Positions 23,503-32,000 of a stretch of 32,000 nt of DNA are shown here, piece by piece. The DNA is from Candidatus Scalindua sp. (lineage in GTDB: Bacteria; Planctomycetota; Brocadiia; Brocadiales; Scalinduaceae): assembly GCA_031316235.1 (NCBI GenBank), contig JALDRA010000001.1, positions 540,001 to 572,000 on the forward strand. Direction: 5' to 3'. Position 1 is the first letter of the stretch. Each line of letters begins with the position of its first letter. The notes under the pieces were generated by a model, which did no database searches, was not told where the DNA came from, and saw nothing but the letters and a program-made list of their open reading frames with translations. A program made the position numbers and the translations under genes.

Positions 23503-24366
23503 TTAAAAGAGAGAAATCAGTATAATTCCCAGAATCATTGTAACACTCCCCAGGAACCTTTCCCTGATATTTCTCTCCTTAAAAAACAGTGCCCCGTACA
23601 TAACTCCGAAGAGGAGACTCAGACGTTTTACCGAAATCATATAAGAGACCTCTACAAGGCTGATGGCCTTTAAATGGGTCATCATCATGATCGCCATGCA
23701 TATCCCGATACAGAGAAAAAGCAAAGGCTGAGAAGCAACCCGGGATACAATACGCTCTGTTTTGAACTGTATAACCAAAAACAGGGAAATCGAAAGCAGG
23801 AATGAATAGAAGACCGTAAAAAATGCCGGGTTTGAGTGCTGGACAGCGACCTTGCCCAGGTTTGATGTGATGCTGAATAAAAATGCAACGATGATCATTA
23901 AGAGTGACCCTCTCTCTCTTCCAATTGCCCTGATCGGTCCTAAAATTCCCTGATGCACCGCATGAATGTTAAGCAGATAGGCGCCGGCTGCAACGAGAAT
24001 AATCCCGACAACCCCGGTTTTGTCCGGCAGCTCTCCCAGAATGCTATAGGATGTACCAATAAGAAAGACGGGAGTCAGGGAGAGAAATGGCAAGGTTAAC
24101 GACAGGGGTGAAATACGTATTGCCTTCAGGTAAAGAAGCAGTGCAATAATGTCCAGGGGAAGAAGTAAAAAGGTTGTAAGATAAAAGAGTAGGTCAAGTT
24201 CCGGTATCTCGACAAAGGGAATGAGAACGATCGTAAAAGGAGCCGCAAATCCAAATCTCACCCACGCCATAAAGTAGGTATCATTATTTTTAAGGGCCTT
24301 CTTGGTGAGGGCATCTGCTGTTCCAATACTTAAAGCACAGATAAAGGCGTATGCAAACCAATTCAT
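23503..24366 (-). CDS. EamA/DMT-family transporter (10 predicted TM helices)
   Basis: 287 aa and hydrophobic throughout, with the two-fold repeat typical of EamA domains. ATG start. It is convergent with metF, with the two stop codons 1 nt apart. Confidence 0.75.
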   Translation of the reverse strand: MNWFAYAFICALSIGTADALTKKALKNNDTYFMAWVRFGFAAPFTIVLIPFVEIPELDLLFYLTTFLLLPLDIIALLLYLKAIRISPLSLTLPFLSLTPVFLIGTSYSILGELPDKTGVVGIILVAAGAYLLNIHAVHQGILGPIRAIGRERGSLLMIIVAFLFSITSNLGKVAVQHSNPAFFTVFYSFLLSISLFLVIQFKTERIVSRVASQPLLFLCIGICMAIMMMTHLKAISLVEVSYMISVKRLSLLFGVMYGALFFKERNIRERFLGSVTMILGIILISLF

Positions 24367-24412
24367 AAAAACTCATAGGAGACAAATTCGATGTAAAAAA
24401 ATGGCTTCGTTT

Positions 24413-25816
24413 CTAGTATGCATTTTTGTTTGCCAGCCCCCTCCAGATTGTCAACCACATTATTTCAAAATCAAACAGAAAACTCCAATTTTCTATATAG
24501 TACAAATCATACTCAATCCGCTTTTCAAGAGAGGTATTCCCCCTCCACCCGTTCACCTGGGCCCAACCGGTAATACCGGCCTTCATCTTGTGCCGAAGCA
24601 TATACTTGGGTATCTTATTTCGAAATTGCTCGATAAAGTATGGTCTCTCCGGTCTGGGACCAACAATACTCATCTCTCCCCTGAGCACATTGAGAAACTG
24701 AGGGATTTCATCAAGACTTGTCTTTCTCAGGAAAGAACCAATTACTGTCCTGCGGTTATCGTCCTTTGCCGTCCATACAGGACCGGACTCCTTTTCGGCA
24801 TGAATCCTCATGGTTCGGAATTTCAGCATGGTAAAAATATTTCCATCAAGCCCCATTCGCTCCTGCTTATAGAATACAGGACCCTTCGATGTCAGTTTCG
24901 TCAATAGCGTTATTACCAGCATTAAGGGGGAAGTAACTACTATTATGAAAGCAGACAAGAAGATATCAGTACCTCTCTTTACAATCATATTCCAACCGTA
25001 TAACGGAGAATCTCTTAAACTGATTACCGGCAACCCCTCAAACTCATCAACACCGCTTCTCAACGTGATAAATTCAAAGAGATCCGGTATGACCATGATG
25101 GTAACCATCTCATCAGCAATATTATCAAGAAGTGATTTCAATTCCATATGAGCTTGAAGAGGAAGAGCAATGAAGACTATATCGATCTCATTGGTAATGA
25201 TTACATTACGAATATTCTTAAATGAATCAAGTATGGGGATCCCTTTCAGTGTATCCGATTCCTGCGAAGTGTCCTCCCGTAAAAATCCCCTTATCTTAAT
25301 TCCGAGCTCAGGGTGATTCTGCAGCTTCTCAGTCATCTCCTGAGCCAGATTTCCTGTCCCTACTATGAGGGCATACCGTAAGTTATACCCCTTCTTCCTG
25401 ATATATCGGAAAAATTCACGAAAAAGAATCCTGCTGATACACAATGCAACAATACTTATTATCCAGAAAAAGAGAAACGTGAGCCTCGAGAACTCATATT
25501 GTCTTATGAAAAACGTCAAGGAGATGAGAAGCAGCGTCGAGATTGTCGTTGCCTTGGAGATATCCATTATCTCAGCAATCTTCGTCGATATCCTTCTCGG
25601 TCGATAGAGACCGAATGTCTTGAATACCACACCCCACAGCGGAATAATAATAAGAAGAAGCGAGAGGTAGATGGTAAAAGGAGGAATACCCTTGTATACG
25701 GGAACAATCTGGATGTTAAACCGTAAATAATAGGCCAGGATCCACGAACAGACGAGTGTCAGCCAGTCACAGATCAACACCAGTGTTTCAAAAAATTTAC
25801 TATGCTTTTTTAACAT
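24413..25816 (-). CDS. polyprenyl-phosphate hexose-1-phosphate transferase (WcaJ/EpsB-type priming glycosyltransferase)
   Basis: Four to five N-terminal TM helices and a central Rossmann-like region (ALIVGTGNLAQE). The C-terminal bacterial sugar transferase domain reads ..PVFYKQERMGLDGNIFTMLKFRTM..DDNRRT..G.FLRKTSLDEIPQFLNVLRGEMSIVGPRPERP. Confidence 0.85.
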   Translation of the reverse strand: MLKKHSKFFETLVLICDWLTLVCSWILAYYLRFNIQIVPVYKGIPPFTIYLSLLLIIIPLWGVVFKTFGLYRPRRISTKIAEIMDISKATTISTLLLISLTFFIRQYEFSRLTFLFFWIISIVALCISRILFREFFRYIRKKGYNLRYALIVGTGNLAQEMTEKLQNHPELGIKIRGFLREDTSQESDTLKGIPILDSFKNIRNVIITNEIDIVFIALPLQAHMELKSLLDNIADEMVTIMVIPDLFEFITLRSGVDEFEGLPVISLRDSPLYGWNMIVKRGTDIFLSAFIIVVTSPLMLVITLLTKLTSKGPVFYKQERMGLDGNIFTMLKFRTMRIHAEKESGPVWTAKDDNRRTVIGSFLRKTSLDEIPQFLNVLRGEMSIVGPRPERPYFIEQFRNKIPKYMLRHKMKAGITGWAQVNGWRGNTSLEKRIEYDLYYIENWSFLFDFEIMWLTIWRGLANKNAY

Positions 25817-25821
25817 ATACT

Positions 25822-25987
25822 CAGTAGCTTCCGGTTAGGTTTTTGCATATTTAATTTATTGCCCCAAAACTGTCATTCCCGCATGTTTTTAGCGGGAATC
25901 TATGATGAAACGAGTCTCTGGATACCCGATAAAGACGCTCGGGTATGACAAAAGCCGCCTGCGCAAAAACCTAACCGGACACTCTTG
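25822..25987 (+). mobile_element. R2 MITE, copy b (166 bp, full-length)
   Basis: Termini are cagtagcttccggttaggtttttgc.. and ..gcaaaaacctaaccggacactcttg (17-nt perfect inverted core). Internal hairpins are attcccgc/gcgggaat and tacccga/tcgggta. It is flanked by the perfect 9-bp direct repeat acatatact (25813-25821 and 25988-25996). Confidence 0.85.
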
Positions 25988-25990
25988 ACA

Positions 25991-26090
25991 TATACTCATC
26001 TTACAATGGTTTTTGGATAAAATCCGAGATAAAATTGAGCGAGCATACCTTCACCAAGACCTGGTTTCAGTATACCTGAAACAGAAATTC
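25991..26090 (+). repeat. R1 copy f (3' part divergent), abutting the stop codon of the upstream GT4 gene
   Basis: tatactcatcttacaatggtttttggataaaatccgagataaaattgagcgagcata..caccaagacctggtttcagtatacctgaaac. The distal hairpin is retained with different bases (gtttcag/ctgaaac). The 3' boundary is uncertain. Confidence 0.65.
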
Positions 26091-26099
26091 CCCATACAA

Positions 26100-27266
26100 T
26101 CAAGTTACCTTGCCAGACAACTTGAATTCACTATATTTTTTCTCAATATAACTTTTCATCTTATCCTTAAAAATAGCTCTATCAAACGATAAAGCATGTT
26201 CCCTGATTTTTTCCCTGTCAAATACATCTTTTTTATCCTCAAAACGTAATACCGCCTGTACTAAAGAGTCAGAGTCCTGACGGTAAAAGAAGATACCTGT
26301 TGCACTACTGCCTGTCGTGTCTCCGCTTTTCGTCATCCCTCCGCCTTCATCTAATGGCACGATGGTATCCAGTACACCTCCGAATCCATAGGCTATTACG
26401 GGTTTCCCGCACGCCTGTGCCTCCAGCGGTACGATACCGAAGTCTTCCACCCCCGGAAAGATCAGGGCCTTACAATGTGCATAGTGATCTCTAACCACCT
26501 CGTCTGATTGCCACCCCATAAGCTCGATATTTTTACCCGCCAATTTCTGCAACCTTTTTTCTTCCTGACCGGAACCTATTATCTTCAGCGGTATGTTGAG
26601 TTTATTGAACGCTCCAATGGCGATATCGACCCGTTTATTGGGTGCCAATGGAGAGACCATGAGATAGTAATCTCCACCGGATGATGCAGTGGTAAAATAG
26701 CCGCAATCAACCGGTGGATATATGATATCCGGTTCCCTGTTGTAATATTTCTGTATCCTGTCGGTAATATACCTTGAAATTGCGACAAACTTGTCCACCC
26801 GTTTACTGCTTGCCACATCCCATCTCCTCAGATAGCCAACGAGCAGATACATGCACCCTCTCGTAACAATATTTGATCGTCCCTTCCCGAAATAGAGATC
26901 GTACAGATCCCATATATATCTCATTGGAGTAAAACAGTAACAGATATGCAGTGTGTCAGCTCCTTTTATAACACCCTTTGCTACACAGTGACTGCTTGAC
27001 AAGACAAGATCGTATCCAGCGAGATCAAATTTTTCAATAGCAAATGGATAAAGTGGCAGGTAACGGCGGTAATTACTCCTGGCCAGAGGAAGATTCTGCA
27101 CAAATGATGTCCGGATATCCATATTCTCAATGGTCTCCGAGACACTACCTTTCAAATGTAACAGGGTATAGACGTGTGCATGAGGAAAAAGTTCGCAAAA
27201 GACCTCAAGGACTTTCTCTCCACCCCGCATACCCGTCAGCCAATCATGTACAAGTGCAACTTTCAT
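26100..27266 (-). CDS. GT4-family glycosyltransferase
   Basis: MKVALVHDWLTGMRGGEKVLE.. is a common GT4 N-terminus. The C-terminal E..G.V.LEAQACGKPVIA motif is present. GGAGG lies 9 nt upstream of the ATG. Confidence 0.8.
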   Translation of the reverse strand: MKVALVHDWLTGMRGGEKVLEVFCELFPHAHVYTLLHLKGSVSETIENMDIRTSFVQNLPLARSNYRRYLPLYPFAIEKFDLAGYDLVLSSSHCVAKGVIKGADTLHICYCFTPMRYIWDLYDLYFGKGRSNIVTRGCMYLLVGYLRRWDVASSKRVDKFVAISRYITDRIQKYYNREPDIIYPPVDCGYFTTASSGGDYYLMVSPLAPNKRVDIAIGAFNKLNIPLKIIGSGQEEKRLQKLAGKNIELMGWQSDEVVRDHYAHCKALIFPGVEDFGIVPLEAQACGKPVIAYGFGGVLDTIVPLDEGGGMTKSGDTTGSSATGIFFYRQDSDSLVQAVLRFEDKKDVFDREKIREHALSFDRAIFKDKMKSYIEKKYSEFKLSGKVT

Positions 27267-27398
27267 GGTAACAGACCTCCGCCGTTCAGACTCAAGGAAA
27301 CTGAAAAACCGGGAACAACCACTATTGGAATAAGCCTACAAACTGCTCTCATAATAATATAATCCTATACATTTTCATACAAAAAACATCCCTACCGC

Positions 27399-28508
27399 TC
27401 ACGAATCCAAAACCCGCGCAATCACGCTTAACACCTTCTCCGAACACTTATCCCAGGTAAACTGTTCAGCACGTTTTAACCCTTTCTGCTGAAGTCTTCC
27501 TCTCACGTCAGAATCATGTATGATTTGCTGTATTTTATCTGCAATATCCTTTGAACTGTACGGATCACAAAACAGTGCCGCGTCACCGCAGACCTCACGG
27601 AGAGACTCAATATCTGAAGCTATCACTGGACACCCGCTGGCCATCGCTTCAAGAGGCGGTAATCCAAAACCTTCATAGAGAGAGGGAAATACAAGGACGT
27701 CTGCCTGTGTAAAATATTGCTTCAGGATAGTGTCAGGGACATGCCCCGTAAACTCTATTCTCTCCTCCAGACCCGCCGCTTTTGCAATCACAGATGAGTC
27801 ACCTGTGATAAAACCCTCTCTCTTCCCGACAATGACTAAATCGTGGGGAATCATATCCTTTACCCTCTCGAAGGCCTCGCAGAGCATTGAAAGATTCTTG
27901 TGAGGCTTAACATTTCCCACATAAAGCAGGAAAGGATTCCTTCGAGGCATTTCATCTTTTCGAGGTTGAAACCATGCCGTGTCTATTCCATTATGTACCG
28001 CATAAATTTTGTTCCTTTCCATTCCGATCAGCCGTACCAGCTCGTTCTCTGTAAATTTTGATACGGTCAATACAGCATCAGCTTTTCTCCCTATAATCTT
28101 AAACATACACCTGGCATAGAGGCGCCGGTGAAGACCGTTCACAAAGGTCGGCATTGCGACATGAAACACATCATGTACAGTTACCAGCAACTTCCCCCGA
28201 TAGAGAAGGGGAATATTATAGTGAGGCGACCAGAACAGGACAGTACCCCTTGGTATCTTTCGAAAAAACTCTCCCTGTTCAGCGAGAGAGTAGATGGGTG
28301 ACTGAAAATCTATAATCGTCACGTTCTCGTTATGTGTCCAGGAGTAGTTTTTCAGCTCATCAGAATGAGCCAGAAGATGAAACCTGAGATGCGGGCAGGA
28401 GCTGATCACCCTGGGTATGAGGTTCTGTATATAGGTGCCGATTCCTGATGCATGTATCAGGCGGACATCTACCGTTACAATTCTGTTCTTCAATATTTCT
28501 TTCTGCAA
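27399..28508 (-). CDS. GT4-family glycosyltransferase (mannosyl/glucosyl-transferase-like)
   Basis: ..[11 protein letters not shown].. at the N-terminus and ..[24 protein letters not shown].. at the C-terminus (EX7E region). It has an apparent TTG start overlapping the upstream gene by 19 nt, so the start is uncertain. Confidence 0.8.
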   Translation of the reverse strand: MQKEILKNRIVTVDVRLIHASGIGTYIQNLIPRVISSCPHLRFHLLAHSDELKNYSWTHNENVTIIDFQSPIYSLAEQGEFFRKIPRGTVLFWSPHYNIPLLYRGKLLVTVHDVFHVAMPTFVNGLHRRLYARCMFKIIGRKADAVLTVSKFTENELVRLIGMERNKIYAVHNGIDTAWFQPRKDEMPRRNPFLLYVGNVKPHKNLSMLCEAFERVKDMIPHDLVIVGKREGFITGDSSVIAKAAGLEERIEFTGHVPDTILKQYFTQADVLVFPSLYEGFGLPPLEAMASGCPVIASDIESLREVCGDAALFCDPYSSKDIADKIQQIIHDSDVRGRLQQKGLKRAEQFTWDKCSEKVLSVIARVLDS

Positions 28509-30757
28509 AGAAAGATCGACAGAGCGGCTACCATTACAAAACTGCCGATGGAAATGGCCACGCCCAGGTCAAAAAATGGGGGGCGGTATTTCATTGAAAG
28601 AGTGTGTATCCCTTCGGGAACAGGTACCGCCCGGAAGAGAAGATTGGCGCGGTACATGACATGGGGTCTGCCATCTAAAAATGCCTTCCATCCATCTGAA
28701 TAGGCATCCGAAACAACGAGAATCGTATCCTCTTCCGAATCAATTTTTATGTCAATCAGATTACCGCCATAATCTACTTCCAGAATTTTCGCCTTTTTAC
28801 TCCCTGCAGGCAAATTAGGCTCCTTTTCATTTTTTGAGAGAACGACATTATCAACAAACCATGATGGATCACTCTTCTCCATTTCCTGCATGAACTTCAC
28901 CGTTTCATCCCTGCCGGCTATCGGTTTATATCCACTCACAAAATAAAAACGTGGAAATGCCTTCCTGTTTTCCAGCAGTACAACGTTCCGCTCCTCATCA
29001 TAATGTACAGGAGGGTAAATGGTTGAATTGAAATCACTTGCCCTGTTCTTGTTCAGGACAAAATACCTGACATTGGCAAGATCATAAAAAAGAGAGGTCA
29101 GGTTTTTTATATCCGGACTTAATACAGTAGCGTCTTTTATGAGTTTATTAAAATACAGGATATGATCCAGACTGGGTACCGTTGTATAAAAGGAGGCCGT
29201 AGGAACTAAGAGATGAGGCCAGAACCCCCTGTAGAAAGTATTATCGGCAATCCTAAAAAACTTGGTCTTGCTCTCCACCCTTAATTTCTCTACCCACTCT
29301 TTTTGAGGATAATGACGGGAAAACAACTCATATTTCTGTACAACATTGCCATCATTTTTATCGTTCACATTATTAAGATAAAAAGTGCAGATCAAACCCG
29401 TAATGCAAATATAAAAAGCATACTTGAATCTCAATTTTTTTATAAAAGCCAGATAGAGTAAAACTAATACTCCATAACTCATAAAGCATATATTGAGGTG
29501 AAACCCAATAACATGTTTATTAGGAATAAACAAAAAAACAAAGAGAGCTGCCATGGATATTACACCCACAAGAAGGAAGAAGCAGAATCCGCGCTTAAAA
29601 CACTCATACTCTCTTTCTGAAATCTGCTTCTTAAAGAGAGCATCAAAGCCGACTGCCGACAATATTGAAGCGCTAAGCATGATATAGGTAATAAATCGGG
29701 TAGGCTCCCATGTGCTTTTCTGGAACGGTAATTTCCGAAAGAGATCAAACAAACCAAAAGGGAACACCATCAGGATACCGATACAGAAAATCCCAAAAAA
29801 AATATATTTCCATTTGAAATCTGACCTAAGACTCGCTACCATTAAAACAAATGGTACAAACCCGACAAACCCTCTTGTGTACAAAGAAGGATACGTATTG
29901 ATAAAGTTTGGTAAAATCAGTTCAATTACAGAAAAAAAAGGAATAATACGTGTTGCGTGACTTTCTAATGAAAGCGAACTGTCACCGAGGAAACGGGATG
30001 AGCTTAAGAGAGTGTTGATATAAGGGATAACGAAGAAAGCTGAAAGAAGAAGGCCGAGAACAATAGTAACGAGTGAAAACCAGAAAACCCTATTAACAGA
30101 TATTTTCCAGCAATTACCTGTATTCCTACTCACCAGGTGCGTATAAAAGACAAAAAATAACAGGCAAAGCATGAAATTATATACCTGGTCAGATGGTCGG
30201 CCGTACAACGCCTGGAAAGAGAATGCAAAAGCAGACAGGATTAACCAGATATATGCCTTCCCCTGTTCAGAAAATTTTATAAAACTGTAGATTATGAGCG
30301 GCAGGAAGACGGCTGCGCCAAAAATCGACTGATCATGAATAAAAAATGTATGGTAGCCATTAAAACACCATATGATACCACCAACAATTGAAGCATATGA
30401 AGATAGTCTCAAACTTCGAGCCATCAAAAAGAAAAAATATAGGCCCAGGAAAATATGGAAGATACCAGTAAAGACAAGTGTATCTTTTGAGGAAAAAAGT
30501 AATAAGAGACTATTTTCAAAAGTAGCCATTGCTACAGTGGGAAACATTGTTGTTCCAAACCCCACATAAGGATCCCAGAACGGGAGATATCCATGTAACA
30601 ATTGCTCTTTCATAGATGCGAGCCGAGGAAAAAAAAAGTTCATCGCATCGTTAAAAAAGAGAAAATGGATATCAAACACTAGATATAAAATGAGCAATGT
30701 AAATGGAATGATGATAATGAGATACTTCGTTGATGAGTTATCTTTTTCTCTGCACAT
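28490..30757 (-). CDS. large polytopic membrane protein, YfhO/GT-C-like, with a C-terminal extracytoplasmic domain
   Basis: 755 aa with about 13 or more hydrophobic helices in the first ~470 aa, a soluble ~250-aa domain and a final TM helix. This architecture and its position in a glycosyltransferase operon fit YfhO-type proteins. The family call rests on architecture and memory only. Confidence 0.5.
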   Translation of the reverse strand: MCREKDNSSTKYLIIIIPFTLLILYLVFDIHFLFFNDAMNFFFPRLASMKEQLLHGYLPFWDPYVGFGTTMFPTVAMATFENSLLLLFSSKDTLVFTGIFHIFLGLYFFFLMARSLRLSSYASIVGGIIWCFNGYHTFFIHDQSIFGAAVFLPLIIYSFIKFSEQGKAYIWLILSAFAFSFQALYGRPSDQVYNFMLCLLFFVFYTHLVSRNTGNCWKISVNRVFWFSLVTIVLGLLLSAFFVIPYINTLLSSSRFLGDSSLSLESHATRIIPFFSVIELILPNFINTYPSLYTRGFVGFVPFVLMVASLRSDFKWKYIFFGIFCIGILMVFPFGLFDLFRKLPFQKSTWEPTRFITYIMLSASILSAVGFDALFKKQISEREYECFKRGFCFFLLVGVISMAALFVFLFIPNKHVIGFHLNICFMSYGVLVLLYLAFIKKLRFKYAFYICITGLICTFYLNNVNDKNDGNVVQKYELFSRHYPQKEWVEKLRVESKTKFFRIADNTFYRGFWPHLLVPTASFYTTVPSLDHILYFNKLIKDATVLSPDIKNLTSLFYDLANVRYFVLNKNRASDFNSTIYPPVHYDEERNVVLLENRKAFPRFYFVSGYKPIAGRDETVKFMQEMEKSDPSWFVDNVVLSKNEKEPNLPAGSKKAKILEVDYGGNLIDIKIDSEEDTILVVSDAYSDGWKAFLDGRPHVMYRANLLFRAVPVPEGIHTLSMKYRPPFFDLGVAISIGSFVMVAALSIFLCRKKY

Positions 30758-31041
30758 AACGATTACCTAAATGGATTAATAATTTTTTTGTTTCAGAATT
30801 TTTCTTTAATCATCAGTAAATATACTTTATCAACACTGCCTACCAAGCAGGAAAAGAGAAGGCTGGTGTATAAAGAGATTTATAGAATCTTACTGCTTAC
30901 AGATACAAAATATCTAAACTGTCGTTTCGGCAATACCGCATGAGGAAATATCAAGAGAAATGGGATGCCTCCCTCAAAAGAATGAGATTAGAATTGAGTA
31001 AAAGTTCAGAGTAAACAGATATCTCACGAAAGAAAAAAACC

Positions 31042-31938
31042 ATGAACAATAATAAAAAAGATTTGGAATATTTTAAGAGACTAAAATACGATATAGTCAT
31101 AAGAAAAAAGAAGGATGGGTTTTTACTCTCCATTCATGAATTATCTCTTTTAGAAGAAGATAAAGATATTGAAAAGGCCTACGAGAAATTAGAATATGAA
31201 AAAGACAAATATTTCCAAAAAATGATAGAAAATGGATATCAGGAGCATATTGGAGAACCTAAATGTAAAAAAACAAAAAATGATTCTTCATGGAATCCAG
31301 CTCCTTTTTTTATAAAACTTTTTGCGATTGTTTTAATTGTCGTAATTGTGCTTTCAACAAAAAATACCATTTCTCGATCTCTCAAATATTTTGATACTGT
31401 TGCGAAAGCCGTAGCTCAAACCGCTGAGGATATTTCGCAAACCCTAAATCTTGAAGACACGGTTTTTAAGGTTACAGATACTCTTGATAGCATACAGCTA
31501 GCGAAAAGAGAGAAAAATTTATTTTTAAAATATAGACCCCTCTTTCCTCTAGATTTATATGCTAGTAATAGTCTGGACAACTTCCCAATTGAATTTGCTT
31601 TTGATTCAGACCCAAATACATTTTGGCACTCTTCAACCAACAATGCTTATCTGATAATGAAATTTGAATTTCCATCCAGATTAAAGGCATTGAGCATAAC
31701 CTCACGCCCTGATCTTCACGGAATACAGGGTCCTGAAAAGTGTTTTATTGAAGGATCAAATGACAATAAAAATTGGGAGCACATCGATAACATCTCATAC
31801 TTAAAATGGAAAAAGAGAGAGACTAAAATAGTATCGGTCGAAAACCGTGACAAATATTACGTATACTATAAATTTAGTTTTACAATTCAGGAAAAAGAGA
31901 GCTATATATCTATTGTAGAAATGGGTCTCTACCACTAA
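31042..31938 (+). CDS. single-pass membrane protein with a C-terminal F5/8 type C (discoidin)-like domain
   Basis: It has an N-terminal ~75-aa soluble segment and a TM helix (FFIKLFAIVLIVVIVLS). The C-terminal FAFDSDPNTFWHSS....YLIMKF... is typical of discoidin/F5_F8_type_C carbohydrate-binding domains. Confidence 0.65.
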   Translation: MNNNKKDLEYFKRLKYDIVIRKKKDGFLLSIHELSLLEEDKDIEKAYEKLEYEKDKYFQKMIENGYQEHIGEPKCKKTKNDSSWNPAPFFIKLFAIVLIVVIVLSTKNTISRSLKYFDTVAKAVAQTAEDISQTLNLEDTVFKVTDTLDSIQLAKREKNLFLKYRPLFPLDLYASNSLDNFPIEFAFDSDPNTFWHSSTNNAYLIMKFEFPSRLKALSITSRPDLHGIQGPEKCFIEGSNDNKNWEHIDNISYLKWKKRETKIVSVENRDKYYVYYKFSFTIQEKESYISIVEMGLYH

Positions 31939-32000
31939 ACTATCCCCATTCATAAATCAAACAATAAAAAGAAGATGGATACCATCCATCAAAGGTCTCT

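Noticed and set aside
23499-23505. The metF and EamA stop codons are only 1 nt apart (convergent genes with no room for terminators)
   Set aside because: This is real, but tight convergent packing is common and not evidence of any special mechanism by itself.
22965-25726. Antisense ORFs inside metF, the EamA gene and the sugar transferase (22965-23216, 23015-23428, 23685-23888, 24302-24907, 24945-25151, 25365-25607, 25499-25726)
   Set aside because: They are embedded in or opposite genes with strong family signatures. They have no start signals and are shadow ORFs.
118-26090. R1 copies as REP elements serviced by the RAYT genes, or as a CRISPR-like array
   Set aside because: R1 interrupts the RAYT reading frame with TA flanks, so it behaves as an insertion and not as the flanking REP of a REPtron. 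The copies are dispersed, in both orientations, with no regular spacing, so there is no CRISPR.

Overview
Bacterial window, AT-rich by eye (GC not computed), taxon not assignable from sequence alone. It splits at a tRNA(CAU) gene (16364-16437). LEFT (1-16.3 kb) is a rearranged accessory region. It holds an IS110-type element with two frameshifts, an intact IS630-type element (12-bp TIR, TA duplication in a CTAG target) and an IS701-type transposase frameshifted in an A9 run. It also holds an orphan group II intron 3' end with a textbook domain V, three 5' fragments of a RAYT/IS200-like Y1 transposase gene, and at least three short dispersed repeat families. R1 is a TA-flanked MITE-like element, R2 is a MITE with 9-bp target duplications, and R3 is a pyrimidine-rich ~35-bp unit array. 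Small toxin-antitoxin-like modules are present: vapBC, orphan hicB plus a hicB remnant, a DUF6516-like pair, and a decayed DUF4160 next to DUF2442. An orphan 668-aa protein combines an unknown N-domain, a glycine-zipper hydrophobic hairpin and a 6-blade lectin-type beta-propeller. RIGHT (16.4-32 kb) looks like core metabolism and envelope genes. It encodes a PilZ protein, a GT-B glycosyltransferase, and a GltD/NfnB-like flavoprotein fused to 2x[4Fe-4S] and an MvhD-like domain that overlaps an acetogen-type metF. It also encodes an EamA transporter, a minus-strand polysaccharide cluster (priming sugar transferase, two GT4, a YfhO/GT-C-like membrane protein) and a membrane-anchored discoidin-domain protein. 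My best candidates for something undescribed are the GltD-Fd-MvhD::MetF pair and the glycine-zipper/lectin protein. The nested MITE insertions are the cleanest sequence-level observations. All homology calls come from reading the translations and from memory of family signatures; no searches were run.
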